From an uncultured Acidimicrobiaceae bacterium (lineage in GTDB: Bacteria; Actinomycetota; Acidimicrobiia; Acidimicrobiales; CAIXPF01): DNA of 64,000 nt. The position numbers and the translations under genes are program-made. Shown here piece by piece: positions 47,825 to 57,038 of the stretch. The notes below the pieces were generated by a model, which worked only from the letters and a program-made list of their open reading frames with translations, made no database searches and was not told the DNA's origin. The stretch is from assembly GCA_963775055.1 (NCBI GenBank), contig CAVZHK010000001.1, forward strand, positions 461,402 to 525,401, given 5' to 3'. Position 1 is the first letter of the stretch. Every line of letters begins with the position of its first letter.

Positions 47825-49604
47825 ATGACATATGCTGAAATAGAGCAAGCGATCGCCGGGCTGTCTACTCTTCACGAGATCAACAACGTCTGGCCAGCAG
47901 ATGCCGATGATCGTCCCACCGACGTGCTGTACGCGCTGGATTCTATAGCGTTAGGACTGTCATTCTCCAAATTCCTCCCGATCAGCGTACGACCGGCGTC
48001 CGGTGGTCCGCCTTGGGTCCACGTAGACGGGAACCCCTCAGAAGTCGCCCTGAGACTGTCCTCCGCCCTGGACCACCTCTCGACGCCGATTCTGCGCAGC
48101 CGGATCGGGCTTTTCCTCTGGTGGAACCTGCCCGACCGGAGCGTCGGGATACTCAATCAGACGCTCGAAGCGTCAGTAGTCGTGGCGCGCACGTCTCCGG
48201 ACCCGACGGATAGGTTGTCAACGATCTGGGCGGCATCTGAGCTGGCCCGATCGACGAGGCGCCATGGCGATCTCGACGCCTTGCGTGCCTGCACCGCCGA
48301 CGCCGCCTTTATGCTGGCCTTCGCCGACCATGATGCGGCCGAACTCCTAGGGCTGCGGATGGACGGCGGCCTCATGTTCCTCTATGGCATCGCTGCCGCG
48401 TGGGATCCGCTTCCAATCCGCCGCGAGTTGAACGCGGTTTGCGAGATCGCGGCAGCGCCGAATCCATCCGTTCACCTTGCCCTCCCCTCACCTACCGTCC
48501 ATTGATTGGATTCACAGGATTCGATATCTACTCGCCAGCGGATCCGACGACGAGCGTGTACGGGTGGTGGAGGAAGTCGTTGCCGATCGCCAACTTGCGG
48601 CCAGGCGGTCTCCTTTCCCTCGCGGAGCGGCACCGCCGCTGATGGAGGCCGCAGAGTTGTCTCGCTCCATCGAAGACGCCGCCTTCGAAGTTCAGCAGTT
48701 GCCGAACAAGTCCCCTTTGCGGTCCCGAATGCAACAGCTCACAGAAGATCTCGTAGTCGAACTCCAAGACCTCAGCTGGCGGCACAACCACCCGCGGCGA
48801 TCCCTCGTGTCCTCAGAAGATCTGAGCGAGGATGCGCAAGCGGCCCGCGACGAATGGCGCTGCGAGTTGGCGGACGTTCCGCCGTCTGTCGAGCATCGCT
48901 TGGTTTGGCTGGGAAGCCGGGGTTCGATCCTCGGCGCTCCTGCGGGACTTGAGGTCGCAGCGCAAGAGCACCGCCGTAGCATCGGTCAGTTCCGCTCGAC
49001 TGTCCGGGCGTACGGTTTCATGGCACCGGACACCCTCCGAAGGCAAGACTTGGACGCACTTGCGTTCGCCGAGATGGCTCGACATCGATTTGTGGCCTGG
49101 GGAGAGGTCGCCGCCGAGGCGTTGCAGACCGCCAATTTGGATGTCGAATTGACACTTCTCTTTCAAGGTGCGTTGGTCGCCGAAGCTGTCGCCGAGCGAT
49201 TTGCCCATGCACTGAGGTTGTTCGTCGCCGGCGACGCCGACGCTGCCGCCCACATCGTGATACCAAGGATCGAAGCGACTATTCGACAGGTCGCGATCGC
49301 CCGGAAGATACCGGCGTTGGAAGTCGCCTACCGCTCATTGGGAAACATCTCGTTTCTCGACCGGCTGCTTCGTCGGATCAGCGACGGCGCTCCCCTGAGC
49401 GACCGTCCAGTGTGGAATCAGTTCCGACTCCTGTTGACCGACGATCAATGCGTAGGCATTCGAAACGTCTCAAGTCACGGGCTCCGGCGAGATATTGGGA
49501 TGATAGAATCAACGTCGATCGAGGAGGCGGCCCTTCTGCTTCATGTCGCAGCCTTTCTCTCAACCTTGGACAAGGCCGGTAATTGCAAAGAAATGTCGCA
49601 TTAG
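47825..49604 (+). pseudogene. large hypothetical protein (about 590 aa if ORFs 47678..48505 and 48477..49604 are joined), tentatively DUF4209-like at the C-terminus
   Basis: The two long ORFs overlap by 29 nt in adjacent frames. The DNA is visibly AT-richer than its surroundings. The C-terminal motif LLLTDDQCVGIRNVSSHGL is reminiscent of DUF4209, from memory only. The ATG at 47825 is the first Met after the GC drop. Confidence 0.5.
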
Positions 49605-50332
49605 TCGACAATAATGATTGCAACGAAACCGCTCACCATCGACCCACCTGGTCAAGATCTTTAGATCAATGATGTCAGCATCCTGCGTCCGGTGAAGTGG
49701 AGCGATCTGCGCCGATGTCCTCCGACCATCCGCGGGCGCCTGATCGGCATGCCCTTTGAGAGTGACCATCGGTGCTGGGGACCTGGGCCGGGCAGGCGAC
49801 GACGCAACCCGCCCGTTGATCTCTACCGAGCGCACCTCGTCGGGCGGGCACTGGTCATCTTCGGCCACGCCATCACCAAGATGGAGTTCGGCACCGAACT
49901 TTGTCGGCTGGGGCGCAGTCCGCCGGACCAGACTCGCCGCAGTGCGCGGCACCGCCAAGATCTCCTGGCCCGACCCCGAAACTGCTGGTGCATCGCGAGG
50001 CGGAAGGCCGCGTGCTGCACGGGACGGCACGCGCTCGCTCAAGCGGCCCACACGGCAGAGGCCTGGATCGCCGGGACGACCGTCCGGCGAACATGCGGTT
50101 GGTCTCCAACGACGCCGTGTCCCAACGAGGCACCGAATTCGAACTCGTCACCGACCTTCCTCCACCGAGCGCATAGATCGAATGGATCCACCGGCAACGG
50201 CCACCGAGCGCGAGCCCCAGGGAAAGACCGAACCGGTCGCTATATCCGCTGGCCGTGTCGCCCTCGCGTGCCGTACTGCGGACAGCGCAAGCACGTTCCC
50301 CAACCGTCGACCTGCGGATTACGGCCGGGGTC

Positions 50333-50581
50333 TTGGCGCCTAACTTGGCGCCAAACTCCACGGACTGGGGCCCACCAAACCGCGCTAGGCGGACGACCGT
50401 CTGTACAGAAGCCCACGTGAGAGCACTAGATCCCACCCACTGGACAGTCCTTTCGGGACTCTTAATCCGCAGGTTCTCGGTTCGAATCCGAGGGGGCGCA
50501 CCACAAACATGCAGGTCAGAGTCGGTGCGACCCTCTGCTGTAAGCCATCGTGGTTGCTTTGGCGCCTAACTTGGCGCCAAA
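50333..50581. repeat. 23-bp direct repeat ttggcgcctaacttggcgccaaa (50333-50355 and 50559-50581) bracketing att copy 3
   Basis: The two copies are identical when read from the sequence. Each contains the perfect palindrome TTGGCGCCAA. Confidence 0.85.
50456..50523 (+). repeat. att repeat copy 3 (68 bp identical to copy 1)
   Basis: See copy 1. There is no 5' half of a tRNA upstream. Confidence 0.9.
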
Positions 50582-50770
50582 GTCGGCCGACCTCGTGGTC
50601 GGGGTGGGAAACGAGGCCGGAGCGGTGATCGAGTCCAAGTGTTCATACCCCTGCTAAGCGCAGCGGGCCGGCCGAATTCGACACCTTGTCCCGAGATTTC
50701 CCTGCGAGCAGCGAGCCGCTCGGGGGTGACCACCCCAGCTGTGGCCGTCACACTCTGGCGGCCACAGGCG

Positions 50771-51102
50771 TCAGGAGGTTTGGTCTGGGTGAGCGTCCTC
50801 ATATCCCACGCTAAGCGCGTCCGGCAGGCGAGATTCGACAACCAGTTCCTCGAGGCCGCCGTTGCGGTCTGACGTGAACACGATCCGAGAGCCGTTGAGC
50901 GACCACTCCGGGTTCCGTCGAGAACGTCGTTGGCGGTGAGCCGCCGCGGCGCGCCCCCATGCAGGTCCCGCACGAAGATCTCAGGTTCGCCATCCCGATC
51001 CGGTGCAAAGACGAACGAGCCCACCGAGGGACTGGACCGACCACAAGCCACCGACATGGCGACCAGAGCCGCCACCAATGACGGCGAGCGCAGCGCGGCC
51101 AT
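50771..51102 (-). pseudogene. small lipoprotein with TolB-like PD40 beta-propeller repeats, frame break near 50910
   Basis: The N-terminus MAALRSPSLVAALVAMSVACG carries a lipobox. It is followed by FVFAPDRDGEPEIFVRDLHGGAPRRLT. The next frame gives PEWSLNGSRIVFTSDRNGGLEELVV, with a stop at 50771. Confidence 0.5.
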
Positions 51103-51356
51103 ACGCGCAGAACCGTGAACCCGGTCCCGGGGGTGTGAGCGGCTCGACGCGTCGTTCAACAGGGCCGCTACCACCTTTGGGTACGGCCCGCCGCCGCCGC
51201 CACCGTGTAAGCGCCCAGCGGTCCCATAAGCGCACGTCGCACGCCAACCCGACGGGGAGGTGTCATGGGCCCGTGCAAGCGGCTCAGTGCGTAGCGGCAG
51301 GGGATTTGGGTGTGCTGATGCCGGCGACGAAGTAGCAGGCCGCCGTGATCAGCACG

Positions 51357-52890
51357 GGAGGATGTCCCGAGTCTCGTGGAACTTCGGGGTGGTCCGGGTG
51401 TGATGTTATGCGGTCTTGGCGAGTGGTTGGTGGATATTGCTGTGTAGGGCGAGGGTGGCGGCGAGCTGTGCGAGTTGCCGGTGTCCTTTGACCCTGCGGT
51501 ATTGCTCTTCGGCGCAGAGGATCCCGGCGGCCGCCCACCGCAGGCGCATGTCCCCGGCCCGGCGGTGCGGGTTCGCTCCGGTGGGCGGGGTCCAGTTCCT
51601 CACGTTGTGAGCGTGGGCTTTGACGATCTCGATGGTTGATTCGACCGGGTTCGTGGTGGCCAGGGTCCGGGCGAGGGTGCCGTTGATCCCGAGCTTGTTG
51701 ATGGTCACGGTCTCCGCGAGGCCTTCGCGTAGTGATGCTGCGGCGTCAGGCCAACGCAGCTCCAACTGGGCCGCGAGCGCTTCAAGAGCGGCGGTGGCTT
51801 CGCGCCAGTCCGGGTTCGCCCACGCCGCCCGCAGCTTGCGCCGAACAAAGGACTTCTCGACCTTGGGGAGGTAGTCAAGAACGTTCCGTTCCTTATGAGC
51901 CCTGCACCTGGCGATGACGTAGGGCTGCCCGTCGAACACCCGGCGTATGGCGGCATGTAAGCCTTTGCCGCCGTCCAGCACGAACAACACCCCCTCGGAG
52001 ACATCGAGCCCGCGTTCCACCGCCCCGGGGAGCAGGTCCGAGCAGACGGTGCCGTTCTCGGTGGTGCCTTGCACCAGACCGAGGCAGTGCTTGTTGCCTT
52101 CGGCGTCCACGCCGAGGGCAGTGATCATGGCTTGGTCGCCTAGGTCGAAGCCGTCGATGTAGATCACCAACCACCGGCTCCCGGACAGGTCCCGATCACG
52201 GAGCTCAGCCAGCCGGGCGGCGGTGGCGGTCACGAACCGGCGTGACACCGCTGATTTCGAGGTTGATCCGGCGGCGATGTCGCCAATGGGTTCCAGGGCA
52301 GCGGTGGCGTAGTTCCGGGTCGACACCCCTGCCAGCATGGCGGTCACTGCTCGTTCGGAGAGCAGATCGACCTGCTGGAAGCAGTCCCACGTTTCCAGGC
52401 GGACCTCGCCGCCTTCAACAGCACGGACCCGGGGCCGGCGGAGGGGGACGCGCCGCCCACCAACAGGGACCGACCCGTCCTCCTGACCGTGACGAGACGC
52501 GCGTTCGGGATGGTTGGTGGCGTCCTTTCGGGCCGACGATCTGATCGACTTCCGCCGCCATCAGCTCTTGCATGACGCCCAAGCCGATCTGCACCGACGC
52601 TGCGAGCAGTCCTTGGCGGACCGTTGCTTGGAACGTTTCGAGCTGGCCGGCGGCGATCTCCGCCAACCGGCCGGAAAGTTCGGGGTGGGACAGGTCAACC
52701 ATCCCGATCCCTGGCATCAGCCGCAAGCCGGCTCTCACCCCTACCGGACACCGGCTTGGACGTGGTTGACTTCGACATGTTGGTCCTCCTTCTCGACATC
52801 GAGTGTTTGAGACCCCTCGAGCCTGCCACCGGCAGGACCCGAGGAGGAGGACCACCCCTCTCAGAATCCACGACTACCGGGACAACCTCC
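51357..52890 (-). mobile_element. IS256-family insertion sequence (about 1.53 kb) with imperfect roughly 40-bp terminal inverted repeats
   Basis: The ends are ggaggatgtcccgagtctcgtggaacttcggggtggtcc and ggaccacccctctcagaatccacgactaccgggacaacctcc. Flanking AGCACG(G) is duplicated on both sides. Confidence 0.85.
51406..52717 (-). pseudogene. IS256-family (mutator-type) transposase, 1-nt frame break near 52496
   Basis: The N-terminal ORF ends with ...GPKGRHQPSRTRV. The adjacent frame continues RHGQEDGSVPVGGRRVPLRRPRVR...AMLAGVSTRNY...YIDGF...VIARCRAHKERNVL. The junction gtc[t]cgtcac carries one extra base. Confidence 0.8.
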
Positions 52891-53207
52891 AGCACGGCGA
52901 ACCACACACTGAATGCCACGACAGCGTCCGTGCCCCAGTCGTCACCAAGGATGGGCAGGCTGACGAGATAGATCACCGGTAGCGACCCGGCGAGCACCGC
53001 TGACGCCTTCAGCCGCTTCCGCCTGAGTCGAGCACCGTCGGTGACATCCATCGAGCGCGCCAACTTGCTGCGTTGTGTGACACCTGCAGACCTTCGTCCG
53101 CACCCGATGGTGCTCGAATGTTGCGGAAATCCTGGTCACAGCGCAGATTGCGGGCCCTCGAGGCCGATCTCGTATTTAACCGGAGGAGCCCGTGGGATGG
53201 AGTTGCA

Positions 53208-53416
53208 GTGACGAAGCTGTGTGGGCAAGCCGCAGAGCAGCCCGGTCGACACCGCATCGAGGTCCGCGTGACTCCCGAGCAGGACGTGTTCATCCGCGAG
53301 GCAGCCGACAGAGAGGGAGGGCACCACCGTCACCGCGTTCGTTCTCGACACCGTGACGGCCCGTGCCCGAGCTGGTCGAGTTGTTCCGCCGCCACCCCGA
53401 GACCCCCGAAGCGTGA
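53208..53416 (+). pseudogene. DUF1778 (TacA-like, RHH) antitoxin, two frame breaks (about 53319, about 53369)
   Basis: The GTG at 53208 is preceded by ggaggag. The first frame gives RIEVRVTPEQDVFIREAADREG. The second gives TTVTAFVLDTVTARAR. The third gives ELVELFRRHPETPEA*, whose stop overlaps the toxin GTG (GTGA). Confidence 0.6.
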
Positions 53417-53923
53417 CCGACCCCGAGCCGCGGGTCATACGACTCGACGAGACCCACGACCTCGGTGAGTTCGACTCGGGAAACGCCGAGCTCGACGGTT
53501 GGCTCCGACGCCGCGGCATGGCCGCGCAGCAGGTGGATTCGGCCCGTACGTGCGTGGCCGTGCGAGCCGGTCGGGTCCTCGGATATTTCAGCCTGACGAT
53601 GGGGCCGGTGCTGCGGGCCGAGGCCCGGCCCGGCTGGCGCGGGGTCTGCCCGACTACCCGGTCGGGATGGTGCTGTTTGCCCGCCTCGCGGTCGACCTGA
53701 GCGAGCAGGGCCGGGGTCTGGGTCGCGGCTGCTGGCCGACGCCCCGCGCAAGGCCGTCACCGGCGGCGAAGCTGCCGCGGCACGACTTGTCGTAGTCGAC
53801 GCGATCGACGATCTGGCGGTCGCGTTCTACCAGCGGCACGGCTTCATCGCGGTCCCCGAACACCCCCGCCGGCTCTATCGACGCGTGAAGGACATCCGCG
53901 CGAGCCTCGATCAGTCGGGATGA
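53413..53923 (+). pseudogene. GNAT-family acetyltransferase toxin (TacT-like), two frame breaks (about 53624, about 53728)
   Basis: The first frame gives VIRLDETHDLGEFDSGNAELDGWL...VLGYFSLTMGPVLRAEA. The second gives PARLARGLPDYPVGMVLFARLAVDLSEQGRGLGRG. The third gives LLADAPRKAVTGGEAAAARLVVVDAIDDLAVAFYQRHGFIAV. Confidence 0.65.
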
Positions 53924-54080
53924 TCACGGACATCCGTGACCACCGACTGAAATGCCACGAACCCCGATGGTTGCCAACCAGTCCGCCGTGCGGGCCGCTG
54001 TGACGAATGGACCCCAATTGCGGTGGGTCCTGGCGGTCGTCGGGACTCGTCGACCAACCCCGCCTTCCAAGCGCGCCGTG

Positions 54081-54899
54081 TCACGGGACGTCAACGATGG
54101 TCATGATCTCCTCATCCTCATCGTTGGTGTTGTCGCTGAACATGTATGTGTGCGCGGCCTTCAGGGTGAAGGTCAACACGACGGTGGTACCCGGTGCGAT
54201 CGATTTGAGGCCGCCGGGAAAGTCGATGGGTAGCGGCGGCGGACCATTCTGTCCGCCTTCCATCCAGGCGCCGACCTCTTCACCGCCGCTGAGATCGGTG
54301 CCACTGGGGACTCCTCCGATGTTCATCTCGTGGGGGCGCGTGCCGGTGTTGGTGACAGCGACGACGTGCGTGCCGGCTGTGAGGGTTGGGACCGTGATCG
54401 CGTCGTCGCCGAGCGTGATGGCGAGGTCGGCCTTCGGCACGACGGTCTGCTTCGAGTCGGTCACCGTGAACATTGTGATCATCCCGTGTTCGAGGTGGTT
54501 CATGCCATCGGCGGCGGGAAAGTGGCAGATGAAGGCGTACGTGCCGGGAGTGAGTGTTCGCGCGTAGCCGAGTTGGTTGCCGGCTCCGATGGCGGTGGCA
54601 CCACCCGGGTCGGCGATCAGCACCGCGCTGTCTGGGGCGTCTTTCTCGAACAGGGCTGCCGCCTCCTCGATCGTGGTGCCCGGTTCGAGTTGGGCGAGGC
54701 CGAGTTCGTGCGCCAGCGAGCCGACGTTGGTGATGTCGAGCTCGACGGACGGTCCGGTGATGGTCTTGGGCATGGTGATGGAGTAGTCGGCGAGCTCCAC
54801 CTTGACCGGCCCGGCGGAAAGGCTCGGTGCGTCACTGCCGCACGCGGAGACGAGCGTGGCGGCGAGGACGGCGACAGGGATGAGGGCGAGATGTTTCAC
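54081..54899 (-). CDS. secreted lipoprotein with two cupredoxin-like domains
   Basis: The GTG at 54899 is preceded by ggagga. A signal peptide and lipobox are present (LVSAC). Domain 1 has candidate copper ligands (HELG ... YAFICHFPAADGMNHLEHGM). Domain 2 (VAVTNTGTRPHEMN) lacks the Cys. Confidence 0.65.
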   Translation of the reverse strand: MKHLALIPVAVLAATLVSACGSDAPSLSAGPVKVELADYSITMPKTITGPSVELDITNVGSLAHELGLAQLEPGTTIEEAAALFEKDAPDSAVLIADPGGATAIGAGNQLGYARTLTPGTYAFICHFPAADGMNHLEHGMITMFTVTDSKQTVVPKADLAITLGDDAITVPTLTAGTHVVAVTNTGTRPHEMNIGGVPSGTDLSGGEEVGAWMEGGQNGPPPLPIDFPGGLKSIAPGTTVVLTFTLKAAHTYMFSDNTNDEDEEIMTIVDVP

Positions 54900-55046
54900 G
54901 GCAGTTCCTCCGAGTGACGGCTGGGTGTAGTGCACGATGCGCCCAACGTCGTGGACGGCACATCGGCCTCCGGTCACCGGTTTGTCACAATGGTCTCGTG
55001 ACACCGGCCCCTTGCATGCGCCGCTCAGCCGGTCGAAGGTGATCGG

Positions 55047-57038
55047 GTGACTCGCGCGTGGGTTCGGCACGGACTGCTCGGTACCGCCGTTGTGCTGGGC
55101 GTCGCGGGAGCCGTCGGATCGCTGCGTACCGGTGACTTGCCCGGCAACGGTGACAGTTGGGGACTCGCGGTCTCGTTCATCGGCTTCGCGGTGTTGGGTT
55201 GGGCCGTGAGCGGACGGCGACCGGAGCTGCTGATTGGTTGGCTGCTTCTCGCTGGTGGCACCGTTGGCGTCACCGCTTTCCTCGCCTCGTGGTGGTCGTT
55301 CCTATCGTTGATCCATGATCCGGGGTCCCTGCCCGGTGGTCCCGTCGCGGCGTGGCTTGCGGTGTGGCTGTCTGCACTGCCGTGGACGCTCGTGCTCGTC
55401 GCGCCGCTCGTGTTGTTCCCGACCGGCCACACGCGCAGCCGTCGCTGGTTCTGGTTCGGAACCGCGATCGGCGTGATCATCGGCACCTTGGTGACGGTCG
55501 CTGCCGTGGTCTCGCTTCCGGTGGCGGCGCGCAATGCGGCGGAGCTCATCGACGCCCCCGGCATCGCACAGGCGGGCGCAGCCGATTTTGCGCTCGGTCT
55601 GCAGGCGATCGCCCGGCTGGTCGCGTTCGTTGCCACCGTGGTCGGCCTCGTCGGCCTTGTCGTCGCTCGCCATCGTGTTCACGATGAGGACCGGCGGCCG
55701 TACACATCGGCGCTGGTCGGTGCCGCTGTCGTTGTCGCCATGTTCATGATCGACGCGCTGGTACCTGTCCTCACCGGTGAGCGGTACGCGCTGCCCGAGG
55801 CGGTCACGGCACTGGCGATCGTGGCGCTGCCAACCTCGATCGCGATCGCAGTTGTCCGTTTCCAGCTGTATGAGCTGCGCGCCCTTGTCAATCGCTCGGC
55901 CCTCGTTGTGCTCACGGGCGTCGCGCTCACCGCGGTGTATCTCGGCGTTTTGACGCTGTTCGCTGCTGCCGTTCGCGACAGCACGCCTCTCACAGTGTCG
56001 GGCGTTGTTGCCGCAGGTGCTGTCGTAGCAGTGAGCGCGCCGGTCGCTGCAGCGGCGACGCGGATGACTCGACGATGGTTCGGTCGCGGCGACGCGCCGG
56101 CATTGATGGCCACTCGCTTCGCCGAGCAACTCCCCGTCGACGGCGATCCGCTCGCCGCCATGCGCGTCCTGGCCGAGACGATGCGCAACGAGTTGCGGCT
56201 CGGCTCGATCGAGTTGACCGTCGATGGACTCGACAGCACCAGAATCGGCGAACCCGGCGGACCGGTCACACGCGTCGAGCTGCGTTACGGGCAATGCCGT
56301 GTCGGTGACGTGATGGTCACCGCCAGACAAGGCGAGTCACTCGCCGCCGTCGACAGGCGGACGCTGAGCGACATCGCCGGATACGTGTCGATCGCGGCCG
56401 AGGCGATCCGCGTCAGCGAGGATCTGCGCAGCGCTCAACACGCGCTCGAGAGCGCCCACTCCGAGGAGCGACGCCGCGTGCGCCGCGACCTCCACGACGA
56501 TGTCGGTCCAACCTTGGCCTCAGCACGATTGAAGCTGGCCGCCCAACGGCGCCATCTGCCCGACGGAACCTCGGTTGAGGACATCATCGACCAACTCGCC
56601 GACGCAATCCGCGGGCTCCGGCGGGTGGTCGATGGACTGCAACCATCAGTGCTCGAAGACGTCGGTCTCGTCCCCGCACTGCAGATCCTCTTGACCGACA
56701 TCCGCCAGACGACCGGGATGCACATCACCTTCGACGCGCCCTCGATGCTGCCAGACCTACCCACAGCAACGTCCAGTACGGCTTACCGCGTGGTAGCGGA
56801 AGCACTCGCCAACGTCGTACGCCACAGCCGAGCGACGGTGTGCACGCTTCGCGTCGACCACGATGACGGCATACTGCACATCGAGGTTGCCGACAACGGC
56901 CACGGCTTCGACACCTCGATAAAGACGGGGATGGGCTTGCGCAACATTGCCAACCGGGCCGGTTTGGCGGGCGGCATCGCCACCATCTCCAGCTCCCCCG
57001 AGTCGGGCACTACCGTCGTACTGGAGGTACCGGTGTGA
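55047..57038 (+). CDS. membrane-bound sensor histidine kinase (HisKA_3/NarL-type), multi-TM N-terminal domain
   Basis: The 663-aa ORF has about 330 aa of hydrophobic helices, with RFQLYELRALVNRSALV. It has the H-box RRRVRRDLHDDVGPTLA and the HATPase region (VVAEALANVVRHS, DNGHGF, GMGLRNIANR). Confidence 0.85.
   Translation: MTRAWVRHGLLGTAVVLGVAGAVGSLRTGDLPGNGDSWGLAVSFIGFAVLGWAVSGRRPELLIGWLLLAGGTVGVTAFLASWWSFLSLIHDPGSLPGGPVAAWLAVWLSALPWTLVLVAPLVLFPTGHTRSRRWFWFGTAIGVIIGTLVTVAAVVSLPVAARNAAELIDAPGIAQAGAADFALGLQAIARLVAFVATVVGLVGLVVARHRVHDEDRRPYTSALVGAAVVVAMFMIDALVPVLTGERYALPEAVTALAIVALPTSIAIAVVRFQLYELRALVNRSALVVLTGVALTAVYLGVLTLFAAAVRDSTPLTVSGVVAAGAVVAVSAPVAAAATRMTRRWFGRGDAPALMATRFAEQLPVDGDPLAAMRVLAETMRNELRLGSIELTVDGLDSTRIGEPGGPVTRVELRYGQCRVGDVMVTARQGESLAAVDRRTLSDIAGYVSIAAEAIRVSEDLRSAQHALESAHSEERRRVRRDLHDDVGPTLASARLKLAAQRRHLPDGTSVEDIIDQLADAIRGLRRVVDGLQPSVLEDVGLVPALQILLTDIRQTTGMHITFDAPSMLPDLPTATSSTAYRVVAEALANVVRHSRATVCTLRVDHDDGILHIEVADNGHGFDTSIKTGMGLRNIANRAGLAGGIATISSSPESGTTVVLEVPV

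Larger units (their letters stand above)
44714..50523. mobile_element. integrated element B (about 5.8 kb), in tandem behind element A
   Basis: It is bounded by att copies 2 and 3. It contains an apparently intact integrase, a RES-Xre pair and an AT-richer cargo gene. Confidence 0.75.
51284..53063 (-). pseudogene. small (79-aa, two-TM) membrane protein gene split by the IS256 insertion
   Basis: The 5' part (53063-52891) ends ...AVVAFSVWFAVL. The 3' part (51356-51284) continues ITAACYFVAGISTPKSPAATH* once the IS and one duplicated target copy are removed. Confidence 0.6.

Noticed and set aside
49605-50332. Overlapping ORFs on both strands (49560..50051 -, 49692..50420 +, 49756..50343 +, 49873..50436 -) at the distal end of element B.
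   Set aside because: I translated all frames and found no family-like motifs. No frame stays plausible for more than about 40 codons. The region is possibly a heavily decayed gene, but I cannot support any call.
52480-52510. Whether the IS256 transposase frame break is a programmed ribosomal frameshift.
   Set aside because: IS256-family transposases are normally single-ORF proteins. The site (gtctcgtcac) has no slippery heptamer. Deleting one t restores the family-typical RTRVRHGQEDGSV. The same reasoning applies to the other breaks.
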